64,000 nt of DNA from Octopus sinensis (GCF_006345805.1 NC_043010.1:64170001-64234000); one strand, 5' to 3'. Numbered from the stretch's first letter, positions 25,673 through 39,242 are shown. The notes: generated by a model from the sequence alone, not told the origin. Made by a program: numbers and translations.

Positions 25673-27343
25673 TCAAGATGGCGCTGAACTAACAACAAGT
25701 GTGTTAACGTGTCTCTCCTAAATATTAAAGAAGTCCTTCCAGAGATCGATCTTATCAGAAGCGAAATTGTCTGCAAAGCGAATATAAGTGATAGTACAAC
25801 AAGTCACTGTATTTGAGAAGAATATTTTCGCTTTTGATATAGTATTTGCAACTAGAACATACTCGCGAATACACGTGTTAAAACGCACGTGAGTTACTTC
25901 CCGAAATCGAAGTGAATTTTATTCTTCGTCTGTGAATCAACAAGACACAGTATTTTTGAGAAGGATATTTTCGTTTTTGATGTATATCTGCTTGTTCTGA
26001 AAAAAGCCTCTGAAAAATTTGCTGCTTAATACCAAATCGCTTAGGAAAATACAGAAAGTATCGTCAAACTGTTGCATGTGCTAAATCGAAACTCAAATCC
26101 CTTTTGTTTACAAAGTGCGCTTGGGGAATATAAAAGGTCTGTCTTGTCTATCTATCTTCCTTTCTTATAAAAAGGAATCACGTAAGTACTCTCTCAGCCG
26201 GTAAGGTAAGAAGATATTATTTATTTTGTTATCATTAGTGTTCTTTCAAACAGAAAATAACTAAAAAAAAAAAAAGATATAAAAATATAAAAATACGCGG
26301 TATTCTATCTTTATAATCTTTATAATTTCGTCCTCCGTGCCTGCCACGCACTCTCTCTTTCTCTTTCTTACATTTCTATTTCTATCTCTCTCATACATTT
26401 TTATTATTTGTTATCATTAGTGTTCTTTCAAACAGAAAATAATAATTAAAAAGATATAAAAATACGCGCTATTCTATCTTTATAATCTCTCCCTCTCTTT
26501 CTTACATTTCTATTTCTATCTCTCTCATACAGTTTATACCTTATCTGTCTCCCCATCCACCAGACCCTCTATTTCCGCTCTCACTCTCCCCTCCTCCCTC
26601 TGCAATCGTTTCTCTTTCTGCATCTCTCTCAGATCAACTTTCTCTCACCTCACCCCCTCTCTCAGTTCCTCAACTTCACTCATTCTCTCTTGTATCTATA
26701 TACCGCCCTCTTTCTCTCTCTCTCTCACTCCCCCTCCCTCTCTCTGCCTCTTTCCTCTCCACTCCTTCACAGGTCAAACCCCTTTTCCTCTTCCCCTTCT
26801 GTCCCCTTATTTCTTTCTCTACACCACCCTCCCTGTCCCTTTACTACACTCTGTTGCGCCCCCTCTCTTCCTCTTCCCCCTTTTTTCTTCCTACCTTTCC
26901 TCTCCCTGTTCCCTCTAAGGCTCACCACCCCTGTCTCATTTTCCTCTCTCTGTCTCCTTCCTCCGCACCACCCTCTCTGTCCCTTTACTTCACTCCCTGG
27001 TACCTCTATCCTGCCCTCTCTCTCTCTCCCTCTCCATTTCATCTCTCTCTTCCTCTCCATTTTATCTCTCCGCCTTTCTTCTCCCTGCTCCCCCTAGGGT
27101 CCACCCTCTTGTCTCACTTTTCCACCCTGTCCCTTTCTACTACACCTCTATCCCGCTCACTCTCCCCCTGCTGACCTGCCATTCTTTCACCTTTCTCTTT
27201 TTTCCCTCTTATTTTCTCTCTTTCTCTCTTGACAATCCCCTCGTCTCTCTCTATCCCTCCCTGGCTTTTCTCCTTTCTCTTCTCCCTCTCCATATCTCTC
27301 CTTCTCTATCTCTCTCTCTGTTCCTATATTTCACTAGAAGAAA

Positions 27344-28240
27344 ATGGCAAGAAACTGGTCTGCGAGAGAGGTGCAATTGTTCGTCCGCGCTTGGAGGATC
27401 GCTGAGGACGACTCGCCGAACGACATTATTGCTGCGGCGCTGAAAAGCAACAATTTTTCGAGAACCACCGCCCAGATAGAGCGAAAGAAGAGAGAAGTTA
27501 TCCGTTCGTACGCTCTAATCAGGCAACATGTGGACACCCTGGACATCATCCTGGGAGGTGACGGCAGCAGGGAGGGCCAAAAGGATGAGGAAAGCATCCA
27601 GAGCCAAATGGAGAAGCCTGGAACACAGGGAAACGATGACACATGTCCAGCTTCCAACACCACAACTGAAGACCAAAGAGGTGCGATGGCCGCAAGAAAG
27701 GAAAGGCACCCTGGAATTGATGGGAAGCAGGAGGTAAAGGGTGACAGAATCAAGGCTAAAGGAAGCCCTGTCCAGAGAAAGCAGAGGGACCCCAGCAAAA
27801 ACTGTAAGGGCAGGGAAAGAAACACCTGCAAATTCTACCTGAGGGGGGACTGCTGGTACGGCGTTGAAGGTGCAAACTGTCGCTTTGCACATCGGAGGCC
27901 CTACCAAAACCGCACGGACGCGAGACAGAGGTCCCTCCCTCAGGGAGAACAAAAACAAAAAGTTAAAAGAAGGGAAAAAAGCGCACTGACCACTACTGAA
28001 AGACGGTATGCAGATGTGGTGCGCGGAAACCCAACAGGTGGCCAGCTTCACCCAGATGTGAGAAGGGCGGCAGCTGAACAGCAGTCTTTTTTGTGCATGG
28101 CACAAAAAATTGTTCAGCAGCTGACCTGGCTACAAGCACAAAGCTGGAACTACCACCACATAAGGCCACCTCCAACAGATGCAGGATGGCCACCACAGAC
28201 ACCAACACCAACACACACACCACAAAAATATTTCTACTGA
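27344..28240 (+). CDS. LINE ORF1p, 298 aa: N-terminal Myb/SANT(trihelix)-like segment plus CCCH zinc finger
   Basis: WSAREVQLFVRAW..IIAAALKSNNFSRTTAQIERKKREV; CKFYLRGDCWYGVEGANCRFAH (C-x7-C-x8-C-x3-H); overlaps the ORF2 start. Confidence 0.75.
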   Translation: MARNWSAREVQLFVRAWRIAEDDSPNDIIAAALKSNNFSRTTAQIERKKREVIRSYALIRQHVDTLDIILGGDGSREGQKDEESIQSQMEKPGTQGNDDTCPASNTTTEDQRGAMAARKERHPGIDGKQEVKGDRIKAKGSPVQRKQRDPSKNCKGRERNTCKFYLRGDCWYGVEGANCRFAHRRPYQNRTDARQRSLPQGEQKQKVKRREKSALTTTERRYADVVRGNPTGGQLHPDVRRAAAEQQSFLCMAQKIVQQLTWLQAQSWNYHHIRPPPTDAGWPPQTPTPTHTPQKYFY

Positions 28241-31198
28241 ATGTAGGAGGGCTGCTGCGCGGAAACTGTAAAAAGAAAATTTCATTCCTGAGAGACCTTG
28301 TGACATGCAATCAAGCTATATGCATGGCACTCACAGAAACGCATCTTGAACCCGATATAGGTGATGCAGAAATACACATGCCGCAATATGCAGTCATACG
28401 CACAGATAGAAAAGGGAGGAGCCATGGTGGAGTTGCAATGTACATCCGAGATGACCTCACGCCCCAGGTCCTGCTGTCATATTCAAACTCAGTATGTGAA
28501 ACTCAAATTGTACACATAAGACAACTGAATATCGTCATATGCACTACATATCGCCCACCAGATGCCCCAAAACACTCAGGCATGTTTGAAGACTGCCTAA
28601 CAAAAATAGGAGAAGTCCTCACCAACCTTGAACAGCACAACAGTGTATTCTTCATGGGTGACTTTAACCTCCCCAATGTGGAATGGCCTGGGGGGCAGAT
28701 GCTCCCAGGGATGACACACCATCAGCAGGCACAGGTGGAGTCCCTGCTCCATCTCACAAATGCCTCTTTCATGGAGCAAATAGTTCTGCAACCAACAAGG
28801 GCAGATAATATACTGGATCTCTGCTTCACAAACAATATGGATATTATCCATAATGTTAATGTGATGCCGACAATGATCTCGGATCACAACATAATAGAGC
28901 TGTCTATGTATGGAACAAAAGCCCCCGCAGACACACAGCCTATACGAAGCACCCACCATCTCTCCAACTTAAACTTTCATAAAGCCAACTGGAAGTCGAT
29001 TGAGAAAGAGATCCTCAAACAGGATTGGCCTGAATGTCTCTCCACACCGGACATAAACATGAAACACAAACACTTCATGTCCATAATACAAGCCATATGT
29101 GACAAATATGTCCCAATGTGCAGGGCCAGCACACACAAGAACAAAAACAGGATCCCTAGAGAAAGGAGGATTCTTATGAGACGACGGACAAGGATTGCAA
29201 ACCGCCTGAGCAAGCACACCAAAAGTGGTGAGAAGTCTCGGCTCGAAAGAATGCTAATGGAAACTGAGAAAAGTCTACATCAGTCCCATGAAAAGGAGAG
29301 AGCAGATAAAGAAGCTTGGGTAATAGAAAATATAAAATCAAACCCTAAAGCTTTCTTTAAGTTTGCCAAAGAGACAGCCATAGTGCACCAGAGAATAGGA
29401 CCTCTCTTCCAAAAAGATGGCTCTCTCACAGGAAATCCCATGAGGATAAGTGAAATACTGAACGAACAGTTCCAAAGTGTGTTCACTACACCTCTAGGAC
29501 ACAGGCAAGCAAACAACCCAGAAGAATTCTTTGCCACTTTACTAGCGGCCAAAGTGACAAAAATTGAGTACATCAACATCGAAGAAGATGATATCACACT
29601 AGCCATTGATGAGATTGACACAAACTCAGCTGCTGGACCTGATGGATTCCCAGCGATCCTTCTCAAATCGTGCAAACGAGCCCTTGCAAAACCGCTACAG
29701 CTTCTTTTTCAGAGCTTTCTTGCAAGTGGTAAGCTCCCAGTCAAACTGAAAGAGGGGGTAATATGCCCTATCCATAAGGGAGGTAGCAGAGCAGATGCTA
29801 AAAATTATAGGCCTATCTCTCTGACCTCACACATCAGCAAAGTCATGGAACGAATAGTCCGTAAGAAACTAATCATGTTCCTTGAAGAAAATGACTTACT
29901 GTCTGACACCCAGCATGGATTTCGACCAGGTAGACGCTGCCTAACACAGCTCCTGCAACACTATGACTGGGTGTTGAAACAGCTACTAAATGGCTCAAAT
30001 GTGGATGTAATATATCTTGACTTTGCAAAAGCCTTTGATAAAGTCGACCATGGTATGATCTGTCACAAACTGCGTGGTCTTGGCATAGGCGGGAAACTTG
30101 GAGAGTGGCTGCACAACTTCCTAAAAGACAGAAAACAGGCAGTTGTGAGCAATGGAGCCACCTCCAGGGAAACGCAAATAACAAGCGGTTGTCCCACAGG
30201 GCACTGTCTTGGGGCCACTGATGTTCATAGTGGCCCTTTCAGACATGCCTTCAGTTGCTACGATGACCACCCTTGCTAGCTATGCAGATGACACAAAAGT
30301 CTCCCACGCAATACAAAACCCTGAAAATATTGCGCATCTGCAACATGAGCTGGACACAATATACAGGTGGGCTGAGGACAACAACATGCAGTTTAATGCA
30401 GGTAAGTTCCAGGCCCTGCGCTACTGGCACACAAAGGTAAATGACGTGAAGACTGGATACACTGGCCCAGGAAGAATTGCAATCCCTGAGTCAAAATCAG
30501 TGCGTGACCTGGGCATTGACATGAGCAATGATGCATATTTCCAAATGCATATTGCTAATCTGGTGATAAAATGCAGACGGCTAGCTGGATGGATTCTCCG
30601 AACTTTCAGAACAAGAGAGAAGGAGACACTGATGGTCCTATGGAAAACATTTGTCCTCAGCCGCTTGGACTACTGCTCCCAACTTTGGTCACCACACAAT
30701 ATAAAACAAACAGCAGAACTCGAAGCAACTCAGAGAAGCTACACAAAGAAAATCGTCTCAATGCAAAATGTCAGCTACTGGGAAAGACTGAAGGTATTAA
30801 ACCTCTTCTCCCTGGGGCGGAGGCGGGAGAGATATGCAGTGATATACATCTGGAAAATCCTGGAGGGTCTTGTCCCAAACTTTGGCATTCAAAGTTACTC
30901 CAACCGCAGAACGGGGCGCCGCTGCGTGGTGCCAAGGATTCCAACATCACCATCAAAATACAGGTCCAGATACTGCAACAGCTTGGGTTTCAGAGGACCA
31001 CAGCTCTTTAACATCCTCCCTAAATGCCTGAGAGACTTACATGGTGTGGATGTGGGTTTCTTTAAAACTAAACTGGATCTCTTCTTGTTGGGAGTCCCAG
31101 ATGAACCTACCTCACGACAGGAGACACGGATGCGGGCAGCAGCATCGAACTCCCTTGTTGATCAAGTGCCACGTATCAGAGGTGGATTCACAAACTAG
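28186..31198 (+). pseudogene. LINE ORF2 (APE endonuclease + RT), ~1003 aa if a single extra T at 30189-30190 is removed
   Basis: agcggTTgtcccacagggc interrupts SGVPQG; frames 28093-30279 and 30209-31198 are otherwise open, with YADD intact. Confidence 0.9.
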
Positions 31199-31280
31199 TG
31201 TAGCTCATTCAGCGGTGGTGCCCCAGCATGGCCGCGGCCTTCGGGCTAAAACATTTTTAAGGATTTAAGGATTTAAGGAT

Positions 31281-31281
31281 G

Positions 31282-31312
<31 letters not shown>

Positions 31313-31313
31313 G

Positions 31314-31386
<73 letters not shown>

Positions 31387-31626
31387 ATATATATATATGT
31401 GTGTATATATATATATATGTGTGTGTGTTATATATATATATGTGTGTGTATATATATATATGTGTGTGTGTATATATATATATGTGTGTATATATATATG
31501 TGTGTGTATATATATATATGTGTGTGTGTATATATATATATATGTGTATATATATATATATGTGTGTATATATATATATATGTGTATATATATATACATG
31601 TGTATATATATATATATATGTTTGGA

Positions 31627-31689
<63 letters not shown>

Positions 31690-31732
31690 GTGTATATATA
31701 TATATGTATATATATATGTATATATATATGTG

Positions 31733-31763
<31 letters not shown>

Positions 31764-31768
31764 GTGTG

Positions 31769-31801
<33 letters not shown>

Positions 31802-31840
31802 GTATATACATATATGTATATATATATATATATGTATATA

Positions 31841-31925
<85 letters not shown>

Positions 31926-31961
31926 GTATATATATATATGTATTATATATATATATATGTG

Positions 31962-32048
<87 letters not shown>

Positions 32049-32124
32049 GTGTATATATATATATGTATATATATATTATATATAATATGTATATATATAT
32101 TATATATATATATATGTGTATATA

Positions 32125-32221
<97 letters not shown>

Positions 32222-32240
32222 ATGCATATATATATATATA
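31281..32240. repeat. (TA)n/(TG)n compound microsatellite
   Basis: Directly visible. Confidence 0.97.
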
Positions 32241-32626
32241 GAAATAATCGGACTAAATACCCGGTCGCACGGTTAAACCATTGGGAGTGAAGGACTCCTA
32301 GCCTTTGTTAGGGCATCCTTCTAGGAGAAGGTAACTCAGGTAACTGGGATAACTCCAACATAAAACCTGCGGCTCAGTGGTTACCGATGATGTTGACTTG
32401 TTCTTCTTTTCGGATTATGGCTGCTGTTGCTTAGTGAGTGGGATCAACTCAGTGCACAGCCTTTCCTTACTTTAAAAAAATCTTCTTACACAGGCATTGC
32501 ACAATAACAACATTGATTAAGCTTCGTGTAATGGCCATACCCGATAACGAGGAGGTAGCCACTATATATTGTGTATATATAATGTATACATATATATATA
32601 TGTGTGTGTAAATAATATCTATATAG

Positions 32627-32667
<41 letters not shown>

Positions 32668-32669
32668 TA

Positions 32670-33010
32670 TAAAAATTATATATAAAAAAAAGAACAGGAA
32701 TGTGAAATACACAAAGAGACGGACGCGTCATTCGAAGCCTTTAATCTTCAGTCAGAAACCGGATCATCACAGCAAATTTCGGCTGATTAATCCTGATATT
32801 GCTCCGACACGGCCAGCCCCAATGAAAAACTAAGCTGCGAGCATTAGATTTCTTGGAAAAAGGATCGAATATAAACGAAACAAGGACAGAAAAACGGACG
32901 AAGCCACATGAATATAAATACAAAAAACAAAAATAAAAATAAAAACAAAAACAAGAATGGTAATAACAGGATAATATATAAAATGTGTATACATATATAT
33001 AATGCATTCA
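32670..33010 (-). mobile_element. PLE-like terminal repeat, same family as 18176-19196
   Basis: Shares cggctgattaat..attgctccga..ccagcccc..aaactaagc..gcattagatt..cttggaa with the other copies. Confidence 0.7.
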
Positions 33011-33149
33011 CACGTGTACATATATATATATATATATACACAATGCGTATATATGTACATATATATTTTTAATGCGTATGGATATATATAATGTGTGCAT
33101 GTAATCTGTGCATATGTGGTTGTAATGAGTTGAAAATATGCACACTTAC

Positions 33150-34439
33150 GTTAAAAGTGCTGGCGAGTTTGCCTGGCAACTTTGAGTTTGCTCAGTTGAA
33201 AAGCGTGGCTTCTAGGGCAAAATTCTTCATCTTTTAAAAATGTGGCCCGAGTAGATCCGAATGAAATCGGGTTATAATAACCAAAGAAGAAAAACAATGA
33301 AAAACTATGCCATTTTAATCCCGAGCAAAGCCGGTTGTCTCTGTAAATCTACTACATATTTGTGAAAAGGGCGAACGTTGTCTCACAAGTAGTTGTGCAG
33401 GCAAAAGTATGAACAAATGTGGTCGGATTGAGCTGAAAATTTGCACACCTATTGAATTCCTCAACAGCCAACTACCTCCCGGGCGTCCACCTCATAATCT
33501 TAGACTAAAGGTTGGTGTTCCAGTTATGCTGCTGAGAAACATGGAACCACCAGAACTATGCAACGGAACGCATCTGATCATCAAAAAAATTGGGACCTTA
33601 ATTCTGACAACAACTATTCTGAGCGGACCATCTGCTGGCGTGACAAAGTTATTAAGACCCATGAGCCTTAGTCCCTCACCGTGCCATTTGAATTAATGAG
33701 ACTGCAGTTTCCCGTAAAAGTATGCTTTGCAATGAGCCTCAACAAAACACTGGGGCAGTCGTTACAAGTAGTTGGCCTAAATCTGACACAGCAAGTATTT
33801 ACCCACGGTCAGCTAAATGTCGGATGCTCCTGTGTCGGCAGTTCATACAATCTCTTCATTTGTGGTAATCCGGGAAACACCAGGAACGTTGTCTACAAAG
33901 AAGCTTTGCAATAACACTTTTGACCCATTACTCTCCCATCGCTGGAGTCAATTTTTTAGCCCAACTGCATCCACCTTTTTCACGTCGATGGCCACCTCTG
34001 CAACCTGACTACTTCTGCCAGTCAAACTCGCAGCCTATGGGTTCACGTCATGACAGATTCCGTAAAATTAGGTTGGGTGTGACAACATATTGTATCCAAA
34101 ACCTTGTAAGTGCAGTCATATTATACTATTTCAGTCTTGTGCAGAGACCTGAATGATGTTTTGTTTTTTCCCAGCATTTTCCCGTAATTCTTTGCCTTTC
34201 ACATCTGCATCCGCGAGATTTCTCCAATCGCTTCTCAAAGACTGTTTAAACATTTGGCATGCTTTTTACATTACCAAGTTTTAATAAAATTTTCGTTTTT
34301 TATTTTTTCTGGAATTCCTCATCTTTAAAATGTGGCCCGAGTAGACCCGAATGAAATCGGGTTATAATACCGAAACAGGTAAAACAATAAAAAAAACCAT
34401 GCTATTTTAATCCCGTGCAAGGCCGGGTTCCTCTGCTAG
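33150..34439 (+). mobile_element. Tandem Helitron-derived unit: a 3' end (to ~33345) followed by a ~1.1-kb copy carrying a PIF1-helicase fragment
   Basis: PPHNLRLKVGVPVMLLRN..ELCNGT, QFPVKVCFAMSLNK..GQSL, VFTHGQL; hairpin cccgtgcaaggccggg then CTAG at 34436-34439; ~120-bp repeat at ~33225 and ~34318. Confidence 0.85.
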
Positions 34440-34773
34440 TGTTAAATAATAGCTTTTCGAATGAGAGAAAACTTTATAAAGAAACTTTGGAATGGTTCTG
34501 AGCACTCAGCCAGTATCTTAGGGGTACGGGGTTCAACTCCACATAGCCGCCTGCTGCCAACTTTTTCCGTCTTCTAAGGGTAAATACTCATTCAATATCG
34601 GCTGTTTTCACAGCTATGCTGTGTTCAAAATTTACTTTCTTGTCTGTAAAATAACAACACGTTCGAAGTTTCCAAAATTTGTTTATGATACATACATACA
34701 TACAAGCGTAAATGCATACATACAAGCGTACATGCGTGTACACACACACACATATATACACGTATATATGATT

Positions 34774-34824
<51 letters not shown>

Positions 34825-34838
34825 CACACACATGTATA

Positions 34839-35718
34839 CGTGGGCTGATCAATAAGTATCGGACTGTTGCCATAGTAACGAAGCTAAAGCACGCAGAGAG
34901 GAGCTGCTTGGCACATATTGACCTTGAACTCTTCTGTGCTTGCGCACTGCATTTGAACATTCTAGCTCACTTCTACTGTTTACAGCAGTGCTTAGAAGGA
35001 AGGTGTGTAGCGTGTAATTGTTGTATTGACCATGACAGAAAGTTGAGCAGAGAATCTGCATGGAATTTTGCCAAAAGCTTGGCGATAGCTGCTCAGAGGC
35101 CTATGCAAAATTTTCAAAAAGTTTTCATCGTTCTCGACACAATCAAGGAGTTTCCGTGCAACTGAAACTCAAGTGTCATTTTGGTCAGTTGAAAGTATTT
35201 TTCGCAGAAACTTGGCAGACACACATCTCATACCCAAATCCACAGTAATAATGGACTGAACTAAACCGTAACTAATCCGCAAATAACTCATGGATGGTGA
35301 TTCAACGATTTCCCTTCACAACTGCACGCACATCTGCGATGTATTTCTCAGTTCTGTTTGTTGCGTGTCTTCCAGAACGTTCGTCACTATCGACGCTTTT
35401 TCGATCATCTTGGAAACATCTGAACCACTTGTACACATGTGTGCGGCTCATACACTCCTCTCCATACACTTTCTGCAACTTTGCATAGGCCCCTGAACAG
35501 GTATTCCCATGTCAATTTTATCATGGTTAATGCGACGATCACACGCTACACACCTTCCTTCCGAGCTCTGCTGTAAACTGCAGAAGTGAGCTAGAACATT
35601 AAAACTTAGTGCGCATGCACAGCAGAGATCAAGGTCAATCTTTGCCAAGCGGTTTCACTCTGCGTACTTTAGCTTCGTTACTTTGACAACTGTCCGATTG
35701 CTCATTGATCAGACTTCA
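34839..35718. mobile_element. Mariner derivative made of two 5' halves in inverted orientation, flanked by TA
   Basis: Both ends carry TIR ctgatcaat, the same 5' UTR and the transposase start; the right arm reads KVYGEECMSRTHVYKWF..DDRKSVDSDERSGR on the minus strand. Confidence 0.82.
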
Positions 35719-36909
35719 TATATATATATTATAAGAAAATATAAAATAAATGAAAACTAGACAATAAGAACACAAGTAATAAAGAAGAGGTGGAGATCTA
35801 ATAGAATAAATAAATCAATTGGAAGTATTAGATTACTAATACATTAAAAACATTTACGGTAAATTTTAGATTATTTCGGTTACAACCCTATTGAAATATT
35901 CAAAATAAGACAACAAACCGAAAGTTATTGTCAAGGCTTAATAGACTTGTATTGGCCTACAATAGTGTCAAACATGCATATACATGCATATAAACGTACA
36001 CATATTCCACCTCTGTATTCATGCACAATTGTATATTGACATATATATACCCATAACTATGTATATGGACAGATTATTAAATGGACACACAAACACATAC
36101 AATACAGCGGATTACGTACAAACAATTAGACACAGACACTACGACACTTACAAAATAAATAATAAAAAACAACATATATAAAGAAATACTAAACTGAAAA
36201 AAAAAACAAAGCGAAATTTAATCCATACCAAGTGATCTTATGAGAGTTTCTCATATATCTACTAAAACTACCTTGATTAAATCTACTTATTAAGTAAACA
36301 CGACTATAGTATACCGAGATCTTCTTTCTCGTTATTGCTTGCGTTAATAGTATGTAAGTTTATACGATGGCGAGCTGGTAGAATCGTTCTTAAATTTACC
36401 ACAACTTCAGCTAAAGTAGGTTCTGTAATTTGATTCTCGATCCACTGGGAAAGGTTAACCTACCAACTAGTCCATTGCCGTCTTACTTAAACTGAAGAAA
36501 ATATACTCTCTGGCCAAATATCTGATCAGCAACCTTGACAAATATTTTCGACTCTATATGACAAATCCCATTGAGTGCAATGAACATGACAGTCATCTCG
36601 GTAGTGCTTATTGTACATATACTAAATATTAAATAACAAGCATAAGATGAACATATGGGAAGGCTTGTTACTCTTCACACAAAGCTCACAATCGAAACAG
36701 AATCAACACAAGAATGAATGCAATATTCTCTTCTTCCAAGGCTAAATATGCACTGAAGTAAACCAATCGTTTCTTGAGTAACGGAGGACCGAAGATATCT
36801 GTATAGTTAGCTCTGTATAATCATAATAGTGAACCAATGCTTTAGTTAATGATACCGAATCTACTGACATGCACACGTATAATGTGTATATGTCTTTTAT
36901 TTTTGATAG

Positions 36910-37053
36910 GTTGCCCTCCTACGTTATACGGAGCTACATGCACATCGTTATGTCACTGTAAGGATAATGACTGGTGTCACCAGTGGACAGGTGCTTGTAA
37001 AACTGGATGCGAAGATGGATATATGGGTAATGGCTGTCAAGACACTTCCTTCG
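36910..37053 (+). CDS. Host gene exon D: MEGF10-type EGF-like repeat (8 Cys)
   Basis: ttttgatAG acceptor, GTAAGT donor, 144 bp, phase 1-1; CPPTLYGATCTSLCHCKDNDWCHQWTGACKTGCEDGYMGNGCQ. Confidence 0.9.
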
Positions 37054-37593
37054 GTAAGTACAATTTTGAATGGATGCTTCACGGCTTACTGATAAATAAG
37101 TTAGCCCCACCCCACCTTTAACTATACGTTCTTTATGCGAAAATTATAGCTGAAAAATTTTCGTATCTTATTTTAACTTGCTTTCCACTCAGAATCTATA
37201 TTTCTTCTTAATAATTCTAATGTCTGGTAAGTACGAGTAAGACGCGATCTAATAAGACCAAAACATATCCAAGTTGCTACCACTTTTATAGCACAAGCAC
37301 ATTCTTTACAGCATGCCCTCCATTGAATTTTTGATCAAGTTGATTTAGGAGTTATCCCACTTACTCTTTGACAGCGATTATCAAGTATGTTACCCAAAAC
37401 TTTATGTTTGTCGACAGGAATATCGAATCATATGTGATGAGATACTTATGCAGGAGACATTTAAAGCATACACTCTTATAATATGATGGGAACAGAAGAA
37501 CAAGAGAAATGCTGTTACTGGAGGAGAAGGTATTCTGTTTTCTCCAAAACTCCTTACTGCCGGCGTTCGTATTGTGATATATATATATATATA

Positions 37594-37630
37594 CTAGTAG
37601 ATATACCAGGAGTTGCCCGTGTTACATGCA
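37594..37630 (-). mobile_element. Helitron 3' terminus
   Basis: Minus strand: short hairpin remnant followed by CTAG-T. Confidence 0.5.
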
Positions 37631-38885
37631 ATTGAAGAATTAGATTTTTCTGTTATATTTTCTGTAATGAACTGGAATATCTATGTTTCGAATTTCAGCA
37701 AACTTGCAGATGAGGGTTATTTCCCTCTTTACACACTCTAAAAAATTGTAATCGTGCCACATGTATCCCATACTACTGATTTTTATGCACATATTCCAAT
37801 ATTTCAGTCTTATTGAACCTGTTAAAAAGATTTTGCTCCTGAAAAATGAAGGTCATGGAGCTCTAAAATGTGAGAGTTAAGGCCCCTGTTGTGGGTGGGC
37901 ATCTTAATGTCAACCAGAGAAGTTGAATTGTTGAAAATCTTTTTAACTTGGGTCCTATATCTATTGTTTGAATTTCTTTGAAATGGGTTTGTAAAAGAGA
38001 GCAATCTACAGGAAACAAAATACCAATTATCACAATAAGCAGTCAGTTACCCTACCCTAGTCGTTACCACTCCCAATGTAGGATTTCTCACCATCCAGGT
38101 GACAGGCACAGCCGCAAGATGCATTACGAATCTATAGCAATTGGAAGGGCGTGGCCCAACTGAAATCACCATTAACAACTATGAGACGTGAGGGCTAAGG
38201 AGAAATGAAAGTGTCACCTCTGGAGTTTGCAAATGATCTCTATACTGATATGTAACTGGACAGAATAAATTTACAATCTATAAATGTCTTTGAATAACCA
38301 GTCACTCATCTGGGAAGGCCTTGAAATCAATGTTACCATCTGGGGACTATGTGTGACCGAGTGATAATAAAAAGACTGAAAGGAGGTCTGTAATCAAATA
38401 ACTTTACTCAACACTTTGCAACTGAATCAGTGGAGGCAAAGATGCCTCTCATTTACTTGACAATTTATGCACCACATTGCAGAAATCACAATGTAAGTGT
38501 ATGTCAAAGCAAACTGTTACACTGTTGTACATTGAATTACAAATAATGTGCATATTTTATGCTTGGGTAACCCTATAGCTTCCAAGAGCACAACTGTATT
38601 CGTTTTTGCTTAGATAAAATGCCAAAATTGTGGGTGTTAAGTCCCCATGGAGGGGTCTTTGTAACTTGTAAGAAGATGAAATTTTATAAATATTACTTCA
38701 TTTGTGTCTAATATCTATGATTAAAATTTCATCAACAGCAAAAATATATCAATTGTCATGAGGGTTATGGCCCTTATGCATAGTATATAATTTCCAAATT
38801 TCATAAAGATCCATTCAGTACTTTTGACCTAGTTTTGAATCATAAAAGAAATGACTAAAATTTGGGAGTTAAGGCTCCCATTAGG

Positions 38886-38921
<36 letters not shown>

Positions 38922-38946
38922 CACACACACACACACATACAAAGAT

Positions 38947-39184
38947 AAATTGATAGATACAACTGAGTGGGCAAACAAAAATATGAGACACAGCCTAGTG
39001 CTTTTTTATGTTGATGAGCCTGGTACTTATTGTATTAGTTTGTTCTTGTGAAACCAGTAAGTTATGGGGATGTAAGTAAATGAACAGCACTTGTGATGCT
39101 GTGATAAGGGCGAAACACAGAGACAAAGACACACAAATACACTTACATATATACCAATGATTTGTTTCAGTTCCTGTTTACAAA

Positions 39185-39242
<58 letters not shown>

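Larger units (their letters stand above)
25673..31280 (+). mobile_element. CR1-group LINE copy 2, apparently full-length or nearly so, (TTAAGGAT)n tail
   Basis: Intact ORF1, ORF2 with one frameshift, 3' stem-loop and tail, (TA)n on both sides; the 5' boundary is inferred. Confidence 0.88.

Noticed and set aside
26690-27174. Leu/Ser/Pro-rich and Arg/Glu/Gly-rich ORFs
   Set aside because: They are translations of CT-rich low-complexity DNA upstream of LINE ORF1.
32241-32470. Possible RTE 5' UTR with an HDV-like ribozyme
   Set aside because: Several short hairpins are visible, but the nested double pseudoknot could not be built by eye; an RNAMotif or Infernal search is needed.
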